A DNA stretch of 61,231 bases, the filler included, from Circinaria calcarea (Eukaryota): assembly GCA_051942165.1 (NCBI GenBank). It is 10 parts of 10 records of this genome, joined end to end, with 100 filler letters (N's around TTAATTAATTAA, not from the genome) between each part and the next. Parts side by side here need not be neighbours in the genome. Positions count along the whole stretch, not along the records: positions 42,955 to 48,982 come from JAVECS010001697.1; positions 49,083 to 55,109 come from JAVECS010001698.1; positions 55,210 to 61,231 come from JAVECS010001699.1; 7 more parts are not named here. The stretch is one strand, 5' to 3'. The position numbers and the translations under genes are program-made. Below the pieces are notes generated by a model that saw only the letters and a list, made by a program, of their open reading frames with translations, was not told the origin of the DNA and ran no database searches. Below, in pieces: positions 47,747-60,277 of the stretch. Within the stretch, counting starts at the first letter, position 1; every line of letters begins with the position of its first letter.

Positions 47747-49082
47747 GACACCTAGTTGCCAAAGGTGGTGGGATGAATTCTAGGGGGGTTTGGGGAAGGT
47801 GTGTGTGTACAAGGTCCAGGGCATAACTTGGGAGGGACGATGATAAAAGGGAATTCCCGAATTGGTTTGATAACTCAGTTACCTGCAAGATAGCAATCAA
47901 CAAACAACCCATCCCCTCAAGCCGCAATCCATGAGAAGAATTTCATCCCCACCAAACCAGACAAAGCCCATCCCCAAATGCCCCTTATCCCCATTCCACT
48001 GCTCCAACAATACCCATCCTCCCCCCACAAACTCCGCAAGTCTTGCCTATTTACTCGCCTAACCCAAAACATCCAAATTCATTTCTCGCCCCAAACACCC
48101 AACACCCACCACCGCATAAGCCTCCGTCAAATTAATTCGTAGGTACCCTCAAGGCCCGGCATCCCACACCCGTCAGATCCTCGAGGATAAAAGCACGGAG
48201 AGGATTTGCATAAGCGCATCTGCAGTATCATTGGTCGAGTCTTTGCCTGCATTAGCGCCCGAGTCCCGGCCCCCGGGCCCCCTACCGCAGTGCTGCAAAT
48301 AAAAGTCAGCCGCGTCAATTCGCGGTTTTCAAACGCGACTGGGCTGGTTTTACTACCTTGTACAGAAAGGGCAGAGTTCAATATCAAGGTAGCCAGCTAT
48401 TGTGCTTGTGGGACGGAAAGGCTGACGAGAGGTTGTAGAATAAAGGGGGGCGTTTTGGAGTTGGGTGTTTGGTGTGATGTGGTACCGAGAGCGGGTGGTG
48501 ATGGATAGGGGCGAGAGATAAAACTTCTATTATCATATCGCGCAGACGGTAAGCTCAGGTAGAACTTGTCAGAATGACGCGCTACGGAGCACGCGAATAC
48601 AAGGGTTGTGTGCACAACATTCACACGATAGCAAAAATGCTCTCGAAACGTTTCCGGGGGAACCGGGATGCCGCATGGCACATGGCACAATCACACGATT
48701 GGAGAAAATCCTGGGCCGGAAGTCCCGAGACTGCATCCGTTGCGTCCCCCGAAAGAAGTAGCGATCAGATCGTTCAGGGATGAGTTGGAGTCTGCATGCG
48801 AGCTCTCTGAATTGTGTTTCTTCTTCCTTCCCCCTGGACCTGGAGAGCAGTTCCTGGAGGGGGCAAGAATGTGATAGATCGTGCTGGAGGGAATTGGTGG
48901 CAGCAAAAAGGGAACTGGGAGTCATGGGGTGCAGGTTTGCTATGGAGTAGGGGGCCGGTTGTGGAAAGGGATGGGTGGAGGGNNNNNNNNNNNNNNNNNN
49001 NNNNNNNNNNNNNNNNNNNNNNNNNNTTAATTAATTAANNNNNNNNNNNNNNNNNNNNNNNNNNNNNNNNNNNNNNNNNNNN

Positions 49083-49437
49083 TTCCTTGAAATACAGCAG
49101 TAACACGCATACCTTGAAAGCTAGATGTTCGAGGAAGTGTGCTGTGCCATTGGTCTTGTCTGTTTCTGCTCTGCTTCCCGCATCAATCCATACACCAACC
49201 GTCGATGTTTGCGCCCAAGGGGAGTGCTCTGTCGCGATCTGAGGGCTATGTCAATTGTGAGTACACAGACACAAATAATCAGCATACCGTCAAGCCGTTG
49301 GATAATGTTGTGCTCTCAGTCTTCGTTCCATGGCTTACAGGTGTTGCGAAGCCTCTTGCAATCGGCTGGACAGACTTCAGAGCCGTACGGCTTCTCAATG
49401 CCTGGTTAAGATTGAAGGCCAAGCGCCGTGATGCCAT
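49083..49437 (-). CDS. MAS1: mitochondrial processing peptidase beta subunit, N-terminal part (3' truncated)
   Basis: Spliced [67 protein letters not shown] with the inverted Zn motif HxxEH; absent from the ORF track. Confidence 0.93.
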
Positions 49438-49692
49438 GGCTTTGGGAAGAGGGAGACAGTCAAGGGAAACAGCAACTCTTCCTGAGCTACTATCAAGGGA
49501 ATGAGCCTACTTTTTGGTTTACACTAACACCTAAGAAGTATAGCTGCTTCCGTGTACTGCAGAATACGCCGAGCTGCGGTAAATCGTTAATCCCCGATCA
49601 TTACGTTCCCAAGGGTGCAGGGCTGACTGGACTTCATCATTAATTACAATCTCCGGTAAGGTAGAAGATCAACTTCGATACCTAACCTCAAG

Positions 49693-50570
49693 ATGGTTTC
49701 TTTAGTACGACCATTAATGCTACGGCAATTCTGTCCTTCAATGCCGTCGGGCATGAATCTCACAGTGAGGACCTTCAAAGCGCCTTCAGCTATCCAGTCA
49801 CAGAGATGTCGAAACCCCACCATAGCCCCCCAACTCCCCTTCTTTCGACCACAATACTTCCACGGTAACCCAGCAGCGGTCACTCGAATAGCCGCATTTC
49901 ACGTCAGTTCTCGAAAATCCATACTTCCCGCCCTTCCTCGTGAGTGTATACGTCTCCCTGTCGTTCCCCGGTAGCTGGCTAACTCGCCTTAGAGCACGTT
50001 GAAGGAACAGGTACGTCAAAGCTTCGACTTGTCATTTTCTACCATGCTTACCCAGTATTAGTCAACGATGCCGCTCCTGTCATTCCTGCGTAAGGTAGAA
50101 CATTGACGGGGTAGAGAACGACGCTGAGAAATGAATAGAAACCCGGCCCACGGAAGCTACCACTGGACTTTCGAAAGGTCAAGCGCTTCTCTATACACCC
50201 GTGATCTGAAGTTAACCCAGCTGTCTTGTAGAATCCTCTCTGCGACTCTCATCCCTCTGACGGTAGCTCCATTCGCGGCTGGGTCGCTAAATCCGATAAT
50301 GGATGCCGCCTTGTGCGCGGCTATCCTCATACACTCACACATCGGATTTGAGTACATTTGGCGTGGTGTAAACTTAACAGTCTCGATAGCTGACATGATC
50401 CCAGATCTATAATTATCGACTATATTCCAAGGAAACGTTTGCCAAAGACACGAGTATTATTCTGGTGGGGATTGCGGGCAGCAACCTTAGCGGTAGCTGT
50501 GGGTTTGTATGAGTTCGAAACGAATGATGTTGGGCTTACGGAGGCTATCAAGAGAATCTGGACTGCGTGA
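49693..50570 (+). CDS. SDH4: succinate dehydrogenase cytochrome b small subunit (CybS)
   Basis: Multi-exon; HGSYHWTFER, HSHIGFESIIIDY and GLYEFETNDVGLTEAIKRIW. Confidence 0.92.
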
Positions 50571-50978
50571 TACTATGAACGTTAGGTATAAGGTCTTATT
50601 TTCACTCGACCCTGTCTTCATATGCATAATGTTCACTTGGACTGGTGCAGGCCAAACATAGGGTGGTGCTTCTTTAATTCAGAGGTCTTTGTATGACAGC
50701 AATAATTGTAAAGTCCGCCACTGTCTGTTTACGTTCTTAACGACCGATGACTCTGTTCGCCATATCATCTATCAGCCCCAGATGGGGTCCAGGCTCATTC
50801 GAATGCATAATCACTGATAGCATCTATTGTTTCATCTACTGCCACCTAAGCCGAAGGTCCTTCGAGCTACTTTGTAAAGGTTTCAACTCGGCATAGAAGG
50901 TCAAATAAAGAAGCATTGACAATGTCAATGGCAATGAAGCCCTGGAGATGTTGCGTAATAGCAGTTTGCTAGATTCCT

Positions 50979-53068
50979 TCAAGTTGCTATGGTATCACTC
51001 ACGTCTACTTTCTCCGTCGCATCCGTTTCTGGATCGTCCACATCAATTTCCGCTTTGGCCCCATTGCAAATTCTCCTTCTCCGGTCGCACGACTCTGGTT
51101 GTCGCAATAGTCTTGTGGGTAAAGACCTGCAGACCGACAACACAAGCGGCACTCCAAGCACCTCCGCAGAGGTGTTGTCGTCCCCAGAATCGCTATCAGA
51201 TACCACATCTACATTGGATGGCTTATCAAGCCTGGGTGCATCATCTGCACCAGTGGGGGGAGTCTGGATGACGGGATTCTCCGCGTCCTTAGCCGATACA
51301 ACCGTCTCCGTATTAGCCTTCTTCTCTGCTCGCCCTTTATCTTTCTTGACCCTTTGATCGCCTTTCTTTTCGGGTTTTCATTTTACCCTTTGGCATGGGC
51401 GAGGCCGTATGAAATGCCAATACGAAGGAGTTTATCCCGGTGTGAGAGCCAGTTGTGCTTCACGACATCCTCTACCTTCGGAAGCCACGTGTAGCGGCGT
51501 CCGGAGATCTGGAACAGCATCTCATACTTACCAGCGTCAAGATCCACTTCAGTGGTAGCTTCCCGGTGGCCGCTGGAGTATCCGCAGACGAGATGGACGC
51601 TTTCGCGAGCTCGATGCAACCTGAACGCAAGGTCGAAGCTATACTGACCTGCTAACCCTTGAAACAGCAATCATCGAGTTGAGAAACTACTATAACAGCC
51701 CGGGTAGGCGAGAAAGGACAAATTCAAACTTGGTGTTATTATAGTCTCCGAACCAGGAGACCTGAATCGTTGCCCAGTTCTGCGAAACATTCCAGTCAGC
51801 CTGGTACATCAGATTCGGGCATATCTACGAAAGAAGTCTTCATAGGGGATCCAGAAAATACCGTCATCACTAAACGTGTAGTCAAGCTCCTTAAGCGCTT
51901 CGGCGGTCTCTTCCTTTGGCCCGTCACTCCACGGTCCGTTCCACTCATTTCTACCCCAAGGATTTTTGACCAGAAGAAGCCGTGTTCTGGCACATGCCGG
52001 AGCGTTCAAAACCGAGTAGGCGTAGCTATCCTCTACTTTGGTCGCATGGGAAATAATCCATAGCTCAGCACTAAATCACTAACATTTTTTAATGAATTTA
52101 CTGATCTTATTGGTAGATAACGAATCTCTAGCAGTATTTGGCATTGATCTACTAGCGCCGAGCTATGAATTATTTCCCATGCGACCATAGTATGCTTTGT
52201 CTACCTTTCTTGTCTTGGTCTGGATGCCAGTTATTTTTTTGGTAGCAGCTCCAAAGAAAAATTCTTTGTTCACCTGGAGTAGACCTTACATCCATAGCTG
52301 GTCCTTGTCAAGCATGTCACAATTTCGGTAGAGTCATCGCCGGTTAGGTCTTCAACGCCTCTAAAGCGCAATCATTAGGAATCATTCGGGACGGAGGGAG
52401 AAGAAGGTTGTATAATATATCCGGCCATCCTGCGTTGACTGCATTATAATCCCCATGAGCATTAGCAAATGCTTACTCAAGCAATGGTATCCATGTCTCG
52501 TCTGGGTGAGAATAGGATCCATAAAACAGAGCATCTAAGTTCTCTGAAAGGTCCTTCAATGCTCTTCTTCCTTCCCGAGAGACTTCGGGATCCAGGCGAA
52601 AGTGAGACGGATCCCAAACAGAACACCTCTTGCCATCACAGTCATCATAGTCCGGTGCGGAGAGATACAGTATCATCGATTACTTCTAAAATCCACTTGC
52701 CGTCTCAGTTGAACACAAAGCCATACATGTCGACCTTCTCGTCCCGTGCTCGTTCGGGACAGATCCTCGACCAGAAGCGGAAATCCATTGTCTACCCCTA
52801 TTGAATCTAAGAACGACAGAGACCGGCAATTGCCTCCTGCTCCTTTAATGAATATTTTTGATATTAGCACCGCCGCCGACATAGAACTTTGGGTTACCGA
52901 AGATGTCGCCGACCCGTTTGGCGCAGTCTGGTCGGGGTTCATATGCTGGTGATTGCTGTTGCGCGCTTGGCTGGCTGTCGCCTCAGAAAATAAGTCCTCC
53001 TGTCCATGTACCTCTTTGCGTGACATCATGTGTAACAGTGCGGGCTCCTTATTGATCGACAGGGTCAC
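50979..53068 (-). pseudogene. calpain-like (peptidase C2) pseudogene
   Basis: ARDEKVDMYGFVFN*DGKWILEVIDD (TGA at 52705-52707), GNCR for GDCW, YAYSV for HAYSV, RLLLVKNPWGRNEWNGPWSDG and DDGIFWIPYEDF; frameshifts and a MITE insertion. Confidence 0.85.
52036..52190. mobile_element. MITE (155 bp) with ~38-bp TIRs and TA target duplication
   Basis: ta|CTTTGGTCGCATGGGAAATAATCCATAGCTCAGCACTA ... TAGCGCCGAGCTATGAATTATTTCCCATGCGACCATAG|ta. Confidence 0.88.
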
Positions 53069-53577
53069 TCTGTGTCTGATTTGATGGAGGAAGGCTGAAG
53101 ACAGAAACTAAAGTTGTCCAAGTCAAAATGAGGGTTCGATATACTTTGTTTTGTTCCGTCTGCATTCTGCCACTACTTGGGCGACCTTGGTCTCACCAAT
53201 TATGACAGCTCCACATTCGGGGATGCAAACACGCGCAAATTGATGTAGCATGTATGAATGTACGTATAATTTAGTTCTCGGCGCTTATAAGGGGATTGGA
53301 AGCCTTAGAGTCGGTGTCACTAATCTCATATCTGACTTTATTTAATTATTCCACCTTAACCGCCACGACTATTTCTAGTTTAGTGGTAGAAGTCAGCGTA
53401 CTTGTAAAACTGTCGAATGGTTGCTGCATACAAAGATGAATGCACTAGAGCTCCATAGATTGTTGTGTTTCGCATATGATCAGCCCAGTTGAAAGTTTCT
53501 TCGTGATCATTTTCCTGTGGCATACATAGTGCAGAGGTATCATAACGCTATCAAGTCGTAGCCCTAACCTTATCATA

Positions 53578-54483
53578 TCACCTCTTTCTTTCTCGTACTT
53601 TCCATTTCAGCCCAGCCTTGGTCACCCCTCCAATGCTGGAGCTCATCTTCGCGCGCTGAAGCTCGAGCTCGTACTCTGCTGCCATCAGATCCTTCTCCCG
53701 CTTTCTTAGAGTTTCCAACTTTGCCGTCCTGGCTTCGTGTTGCTTTTTCCGCCGTTTTCGTATGGCTCGATTTGCCTTCAATAGCTGCGTCTGGGCCTCG
53801 GTGGACCTTTTTGAGTTCGGACGATGTTGTGCAGGGACGTCACTGTCATTCACGTCCGCCTCGCTATCCAGTGATGGCCCATCAAACAATGCTAAACTGG
53901 GTCTCCCGGGGGGAACGACCTTGGTTTCCCCTTCTTCCACCTGGCCGAGGTCAAATGCCTTTTGCTCTTCCCTACTTTTGACGAAACGTAGATGTTGCGG
54001 ACCCTTCACATCACATCGTTTCTTTGACAATGTCACGCTTTGATGTACGCCATCCCCCTGATCTAGAATAAATTCCTCCTCCAGTTTCTCTCTCGCCCTC
54101 CTAGTCTGCTGCGCCATAGTCCTTAGATATCCAGCGTCTTGGGTTTTGAGCAGCTTGACAGCTACCGTACTCAGAGACTTATTTCCACGGTCCGCAATCT
54201 TTCGGCCGCTCTTGTCGGTCTTGCTGCTCATCATTGCAAAGTGGAATTCATCAGGGTTCCGCTCCGCCGCTTTTTCTCGCAGGATTTTGAGACGCTTCTT
54301 CTTTTCATTATAATCTTTGGCACGCAAAGAATAGTCCTAGATGTTGTATTAGTCTAGAAGTCGAATATCCTCTGGTAAAGTGAGTACCCTGTGTTTCTCT
54401 AGAACACCCCATTTTTCTCGCTCTACCGGCTGGGCTCGCTCTTTATGATTGCGCCGCTGAACGGCATTACGCATAGAAGACAT
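53578..54483 (-). CDS. UTP11: U3 snoRNA-associated protein 11 (SSU processome)
   Basis: [26 protein letters not shown] / [39 protein letters not shown]. Confidence 0.95.
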
Positions 54484-54737
54484 TTCAAGACGCTAGACCG
54501 TCCCCTCGTAAATCCTTTTGGTCTCGTTGACTTAGGACGGGGCAGCTCATGAAATGCAGTATTCCAGCAACTGCAAATAGGCGGCGGAAAGCGTCGGCCC
54601 GACTTGATCCTGGTCGTCAAATCGTACCTCATTTGTTCACCTCCATGACTTGAATATTAAAAGCTGCCACGATGAGTGATGAACATACCAGGAGACGCGG
54701 TTCCTACACTGCGTCAAATTAATCCATTGCATTTGTT

Positions 54738-55109
54738 ATGATTATGGCAACGCCAAAAACAGGGGCAATACCTCTCCCGTCACGCAGTCCTCTTCCTCTA
54801 TCCTCCGCCCAAGAGGCTCAGGTGCGAGATCTATACTACAAAAGAGTACGGGGCTATTGTGCAAATGAAATCCGAGGTTAGATTATTCTCGAGGCAGTCA
54901 TAGCTATTGAGCACCAAAAATGACGTAAACCAGATTTTGCTTCCTGCGCCCTCAATCGAACCTTTAGCGCGACCTGGGCATGCCGGACAGAGCGATTTGC
55001 AATGAATTCTTGTATGATAGCACATGCCGGGCAGGAGGAACAGGATGCCGCGCGGGAGGAATGGTTCGCTACTGGAGACAAGCGCGCACAGGAGAGAGAG
55101 GTAAAGGAG
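54738..55109 (+). CDS. CMC1: COX assembly protein with twin CX9C motif, Cmc1 family (3' truncated)
   Basis: Intron 54877-54933; PSRSPLPLSSAQEAQVRDLYYKRVRGYC-ANEIRDFAS-C..WAC-RTERFAMNS-C..DAAREEWF. Confidence 0.85.
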
Positions 55110-55209
55110 NNNNNNNNNNNNNNNNNNNNNNNNNNNNNNNNNNNNNNNNNNNNTTAATTAATTAANNNNNNNNNNNNNNNNNNNNNNNNNNNNNNNNNNN
55201 NNNNNNNNN

Positions 55210-55561
55210 GTCCTCCTCCATCGCTTGCTCGACTCTGACTTCTTTGGCACTTCCTCCTTTGGCTCCCTCTGCATACACGTACGAAACCTTTGAGCCCTCT
55301 GCTATTGCAGCCCTAGACTCGGTGTCACGAATGTGGCAGAATACACTTGAGACATAGGGGTCAGCCGTTAGATGCTTGGATCATGTAAAAGTAGATACTG
55401 ATAAGTCATACTCAGGACCACCATCATTACGTCCGATAAAACCAAAGCCCTTTCCCTCTCGCCAAGTCTAATCATATGTAAGCTTGATGTGCAGACGCCA
55501 GAACGCTACGATCCCAGATTGAGTGGTTTACCTTGACGACTCCAAACTCCCGATCGCTCAT
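55210..55561 (-). CDS. cold-shock domain (CspA-like OB-fold) protein (3' truncated)
   Basis: Exons 55561-55532, 55467-55412, 55345-55210 give MSDREFGVVKTWREGKGFGFIGRNDGGPDVFCHIRDTESRAAIAEGSKVSYVYAEGAKGGSAKEVRVEQ; RNP1 KGFGFI and RNP2 VFCH. Confidence 0.88.
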
Positions 55562-56883
55562 GGCGGGCAGGAGATGTGGAGTCCGTGGTAAGCCTGGACC
55601 GTAGTTAAGCTGTGAAAAGAATGATGCGCCTATTCACAGGTGAGGAATGGGAGGAAGGTTTGTTGCGGTGATGAGAATTTTGATGTTGATGTATTTATCA
55701 GAAGGCTGATTGAAGTGAGAGCATCTTAAGACTGGCTGTAGGGGGCCGATGTGCTTAAGTTATGTCTTCCCTCTTACAACGGACAGATAGAGGAGTGAGA
55801 GGGTATCATCAAGGAAGTAAGTCTATTCCTTCGTTTACGGTAGATGGATGCTTGCATGCAGTTCAACTGGAAATGGTGATGCACTGTGTGCGGGAGGAAG
55901 TAGGCATACAAGGAAAGGGAACCCGCATAATATCCCGGCCCGGACAGTTTGCCGTGTTGATTGAGATCTCGGGTAATGAGGGTAAGAGATAGGATACTTG
56001 CTCCTCAAGATGTGGTGATTGATATAGGCCTCATTTGGACGCCCATCCACCTCCACCGTCATCTTTACTTAGTCTACACGATACTTGGCTCCTGCCTTAT
56101 CCTATGGGAAAGGCCTTCTTCGGATCAGTACTCTTTCTACTTGCTGCGTTTGCCTGGAAGCATCCTGAAGTTTGTGGGTTCCCCGTTCTCAACGCGTTAC
56201 CCGTCTGCCTTTGACGAAACGAGTATGGCGCGATTTCGGCAAACTATTTCCGCCATTCGGGCCCTAACACTCGGCGGCCCAGTCCATAAAGGCGAGACTG
56301 CTGGGCGAGCGACTATAATGTAGCCGGTGCATCGTGCTTCTGTCTTGATCGGTGGTCTCTGCTGCTCTCACAACATCTCCCTGTCCATTCGTGCGCTTCT
56401 CTTGACTATACATAAGGACCTGCAGAAGACATGCATGTCGCAAAATAGTACTTATTCCATCTTGCATTGTCTCTCCTGAAATAAAACTTCTGTATCCATC
56501 CTCGAGCCCATCATCTTCCCATTCTATTCCAAGGAGGCATATGTCCAACAAGACCTCTTCAAACTTTCCAATGACATGACGCCTAGAAGCTACTCGTTAG
56601 GGCTTCTTTGCCCAGAGCATGCTCATCTCATGGAGGACCCGCTTTCTTTCCTTGCTTGCTCTTCTTCGAGTAAGCTCCTTCCCATACAGACTTGACCGAA
56701 TACGACCGAGTACAGCCACATCAAGTAGTCAACAGAATCTATGCATTCCACTGCATTATGATGTAATTGAAATCGGAACCTCAATGTGCATAGCAGTGTC
56801 AGGTTTCTATTAAGCCTGTTCCTCTCCTCGTCCAACCTCGTAACGTCCTTGCTTGAGCACCTTGGGCTGCTATAAAAAATAAA

Positions 56884-58355
56884 ATGTCAGAAGTGCGGAG
56901 AATCGAGCTTTCATACAATGGCGAGGAGTCTGAAGCTTCGGCTAAGAAGATTATATTTACTTTGTTCCCTGACTGGGAAAATGACGATGGCGAAGTCAAA
57001 TTCAAGACCTTCACCGAGGGTATCACAAACACCGTACGCTGCATCATCACCAAGTTCTCAATCACATACTTAACTCGGGTTAGATGCTTAAAGTGAAAAA
57101 GCAACGGCCGGGCTGGTCTGAAGATCAGGTTGACAAAGATTCTATTGTCCTACGGGCTTACGGGAAAGGGACCGAGGTGCTTTCGGACCGAGAGAGTATG
57201 GATATAACCCCTATGTCGCAATTCTAAAGGTGTGTCGCACTGATATCACCCAGGGGAGATTGCCACCCACTTGGTACTCTCTATCCACAGCCTTGCTCCC
57301 AAGCCACTCGCGCGCTTCGAGAACGGTATGATATATCAATTCACGCCTGGACATGTCTGCAATCCAGAAGACGTCCGGAAAGAGGCTGTCTGGAAAGGCA
57401 TAGCGCGAACCTTTGGAAAATGGCATGCGATCCTCCCAACGGATCCCAAGACTGCACCGAATCTGGAAATTGAAAACAGCCAGGGTGAAGACTTGCACTC
57501 CTCGTCAGATTCACAAACAGTGCCGCCAGCGAAAGAAGTCGAGGCCGTCACCCCGGGTGAAATGGTACCAAACATCTGGACTGTGTTACGCAAATGGTGC
57601 TTGGCACTTTCCGACAAAACCCCTGAAGAAGCCAAGCTCAAGGACACACTACAAATGGAAATTGACCGAACCCACAAAGAACTAGGGGACTTACCTGGCT
57701 GGGATAGCCGCAAGGTATACATGCTCCTTATCTTATCCCCCAAAATCCTCCCGCATCATACTAAAAGGAAGCAAACCCCGCCCAGCTCGTAATGGCCCAC
57801 AACGACCTCCGCCCCAACAACATCATCATCCAAAACCCCTCGGCTCTCTCTTCCTCTTTATCCTCTACCCCAGAACCTCTCACCCTAACCTTTATCGACT
57901 ACGAATACGCCGCCGCCTCCCCCGCCGCTTTCGACCTCGCCCTACACCTCTCCGAATGGGCCGACTTGGACCTAAACTACCACCACATCCCCACCCGATC
58001 CGTCCGACGCGCTTTCCTCACCGAGTACATTCGTTCTTTCCAATCTCACCTCCCCTCATCCTCCGAATCCTCCGATCCCAAACCCAAATCCGAGGACGAA
58101 AACGAAACCGCGGCATTATTGGAAAACCTGATGCAGCAGGTCGACCGATACCGCGGCCTCCCGGGACTCTGGTGGGGTATCTGGAGTCTGCTGCAAGCCG
58201 AGACTTCGACCGAGGGCTTTGACTACGGCCGGTACGCGCACAAGAGACTGGGCGAGTATTGGGTCTGGCGCGGGGAAGCAGAGGCGGCAGGGAAAGAAGT
58301 CGGAACCGGTCAATCGGACCCGTGGCTGAGGGAGAGGCGGTGGATGGAGGAGTAA
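56884..58355 (+). CDS. ethanolamine/choline kinase family protein (4 exons)
   Basis: FTEGITNT, VLRAYGKGTE, LARFENG, Brenner motif HNDLRPNNI, FIDYEYA, AAFDLALHLSEWA and PGLWWGIWSLLQA. Confidence 0.9.
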
Positions 58356-58540
58356 AAAAAAAAAATCTCGAGAGGGGGATGGTAGTGGGTACTCGATGAG
58401 AAGGGCTACGGAGGTTGGAGAAGTAAGCATAGCATAGCGTAATTAAAAGCTTCTCGGGACCGGGGTTTTGCCGGAGCAGGTACCTAATCCCTCGATGCGA
58501 AACAAGCTACCCCCCGCCTCCTCCCCGGCTACCACAATCT

Positions 58541-58570
58541 CATCCCATCCCATCCCATCCCATCCCATCT
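58541..58570. repeat. (CATCC)n microsatellite
   Basis: catcccatcccatcccatcccatcccatc. Confidence 0.8.
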
Positions 58571-59500
58571 CATCCTCGAAAAAGGAGCCAGATCAACCGT
58601 TAACATCCAGGCGAGGATTCGAATAACGAAAAGAGGCCACTTACTCCGTACACGTCTCGGTGGAAACCCCCCCCCCAAAAAACATTTATCCATATCCTAC
58701 ATGATCTGGAAAATGTTATTATCCCCTTTAGCTTTTAACGAGACGAGGGGGAACTCACTTTCAGCCGAATTTCTGTAATCTATGGGCGATCGATTTGGGC
58801 TGGGTTTGCCTGTTGCAGGCCAAAAAAAAAAAAAAAAAAGATATTCGGTAAGGATCTTTTACGAATGGTGTAATGATCTTACGATTAAGGGTCGGTGAAT
58901 TGTGTGATAATGTGCTTCAACTGGTTCGTATAGCGTATAAATTATTGCTGGAGAATTCTGGTGTGCCGTAACGCTTTTGCGGGAAAACTTTCCTCGCTAA
59001 GCGAATACCTCGTGACCTTGGTGTATGGTATAGTTCACCCGTCGGGTTCGTAGGGGTTCTCTGGTAGAGGCCCGTGAGGCCCTTATACCACTACACCTTA
59101 GAATTACTGCCGAACACTTTTATTTTCTTCACCACACTTAGGGCTCTGCGTCCGGCAATCACCCCAGTTAACTTTCGTCATATTGTCTTGGCGTTATTCC
59201 GGTAGAGGCGAGGCTTTTGGAATTCTAACTAGGGCGATTGTGACCATATGGTAACCTCTCTATATCTCCGATCTAATCTGCGATGACGACAGAGAAGCCA
59301 GCTATCTATGGATGAAAAAACTCTTTTATGGTACCCACGAGTTTTTTAAAAAAACGCAGAATCCCTGCTCCTTCATCTCTTTTTCATTAATTTTTCCCCT
59401 GCCCGAGAGCGACATTTATTACATCCAAGCCGCTTTTTTTTCATCCATTCTTGTTTTTTTTTATTCGAGCCATCCATGCGTTTCGATAAATCCTAAAACC

Positions 59501-60277
59501 ATGCCCTCGGAAGCTAAGCCAGTGATTGTACCCGTTCACGGCGCCTGGCATGTACCTGCACACTACAACGACTTCATCCAGCAATTGCAGAAGGCGGGCT
59601 TTGCGGTATCATGTCCTCTACTGCCAACCTGCGACGAAACGAAGCGTCTGACCGCAAACATGTATAGCGATGCCGAGGCAGTGCGGAGCCTGGTCACTTC
59701 CTGGATTGACCAATCTCGTGAGGTTATCATGATTCTCCACTCATACGGGGGCGCTGTCGGTACAGAAGCTGTGAAGGGCTTGGCAGCTCACGAGCGTGCA
59801 GCGAAAGGGCTCTCTGGTGGCGTTGTACGCCTGATCTACATGTGCGGTTTCATGCTGCAGGTCGGTGAGTGTGTTGGCGGTGCCAGTCTTCCGCGACCGG
59901 ATCCCGAGCCGGTCGAAAGGGACGAGGCCACAGGAACAACTTTTCTCTGCGAGCCCCCGGTGAAACTCTTCTATGCAGATATCGAGCCGGAACATGCGAT
60001 GGAAATGGAGTCCCTGCTTGTCCGTCAGAGTGGAGCGGCGATGACCGACCAGATTACGTACCCTGCCTGGGAGTATATTCCCGTAACCTATCTGAGGACA
60101 CTGGAAGACCAAGTGCTGTTCCTGAACTGGCAAGACAGGCAGATCAAAGCTGTTGAGGAAAGGGGGGTTAAGGTTACGGTGGAAACTTTCAAGTCGAGCC
60201 ACAGTCCGTACTTAAGCATGCCCGGAAGGATGGTGGAAGCGGTAGAAAGGGCGGTTCGAGAGCACGTCGCTGTATAA
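59501..60277 (+). CDS. alpha/beta hydrolase (Abhydrolase_6 / methylesterase-like), intronless
   Basis: VHGAWH oxyanion motif, nucleophile HSYGG, EDQVL acid and SSHSPYLS catalytic His; the ATG at 59501 is preferred over the upstream T-rich ORF extension. Confidence 0.9.
   Translation: MPSEAKPVIVPVHGAWHVPAHYNDFIQQLQKAGFAVSCPLLPTCDETKRLTANMYSDAEAVRSLVTSWIDQSREVIMILHSYGGAVGTEAVKGLAAHERAAKGLSGGVVRLIYMCGFMLQVGECVGGASLPRPDPEPVERDEATGTTFLCEPPVKLFYADIEPEHAMEMESLLVRQSGAAMTDQITYPAWEYIPVTYLRTLEDQVLFLNWQDRQIKAVEERGVKVTVETFKSSHSPYLSMPGRMVEAVERAVREHVAV

Noticed and set aside
50979..53068. Calpain stops as A-to-I editing-correctable premature stops
   Set aside because: The locus also has frameshifts, a lost catalytic His and a MITE insertion, which editing cannot repair
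59312..59500. 63-aa hydrophobic N-terminal extension of the hydrolase ORF
   Set aside because: Derives from a T-rich promoter/UTR tract; family similarity begins at ATG 59501
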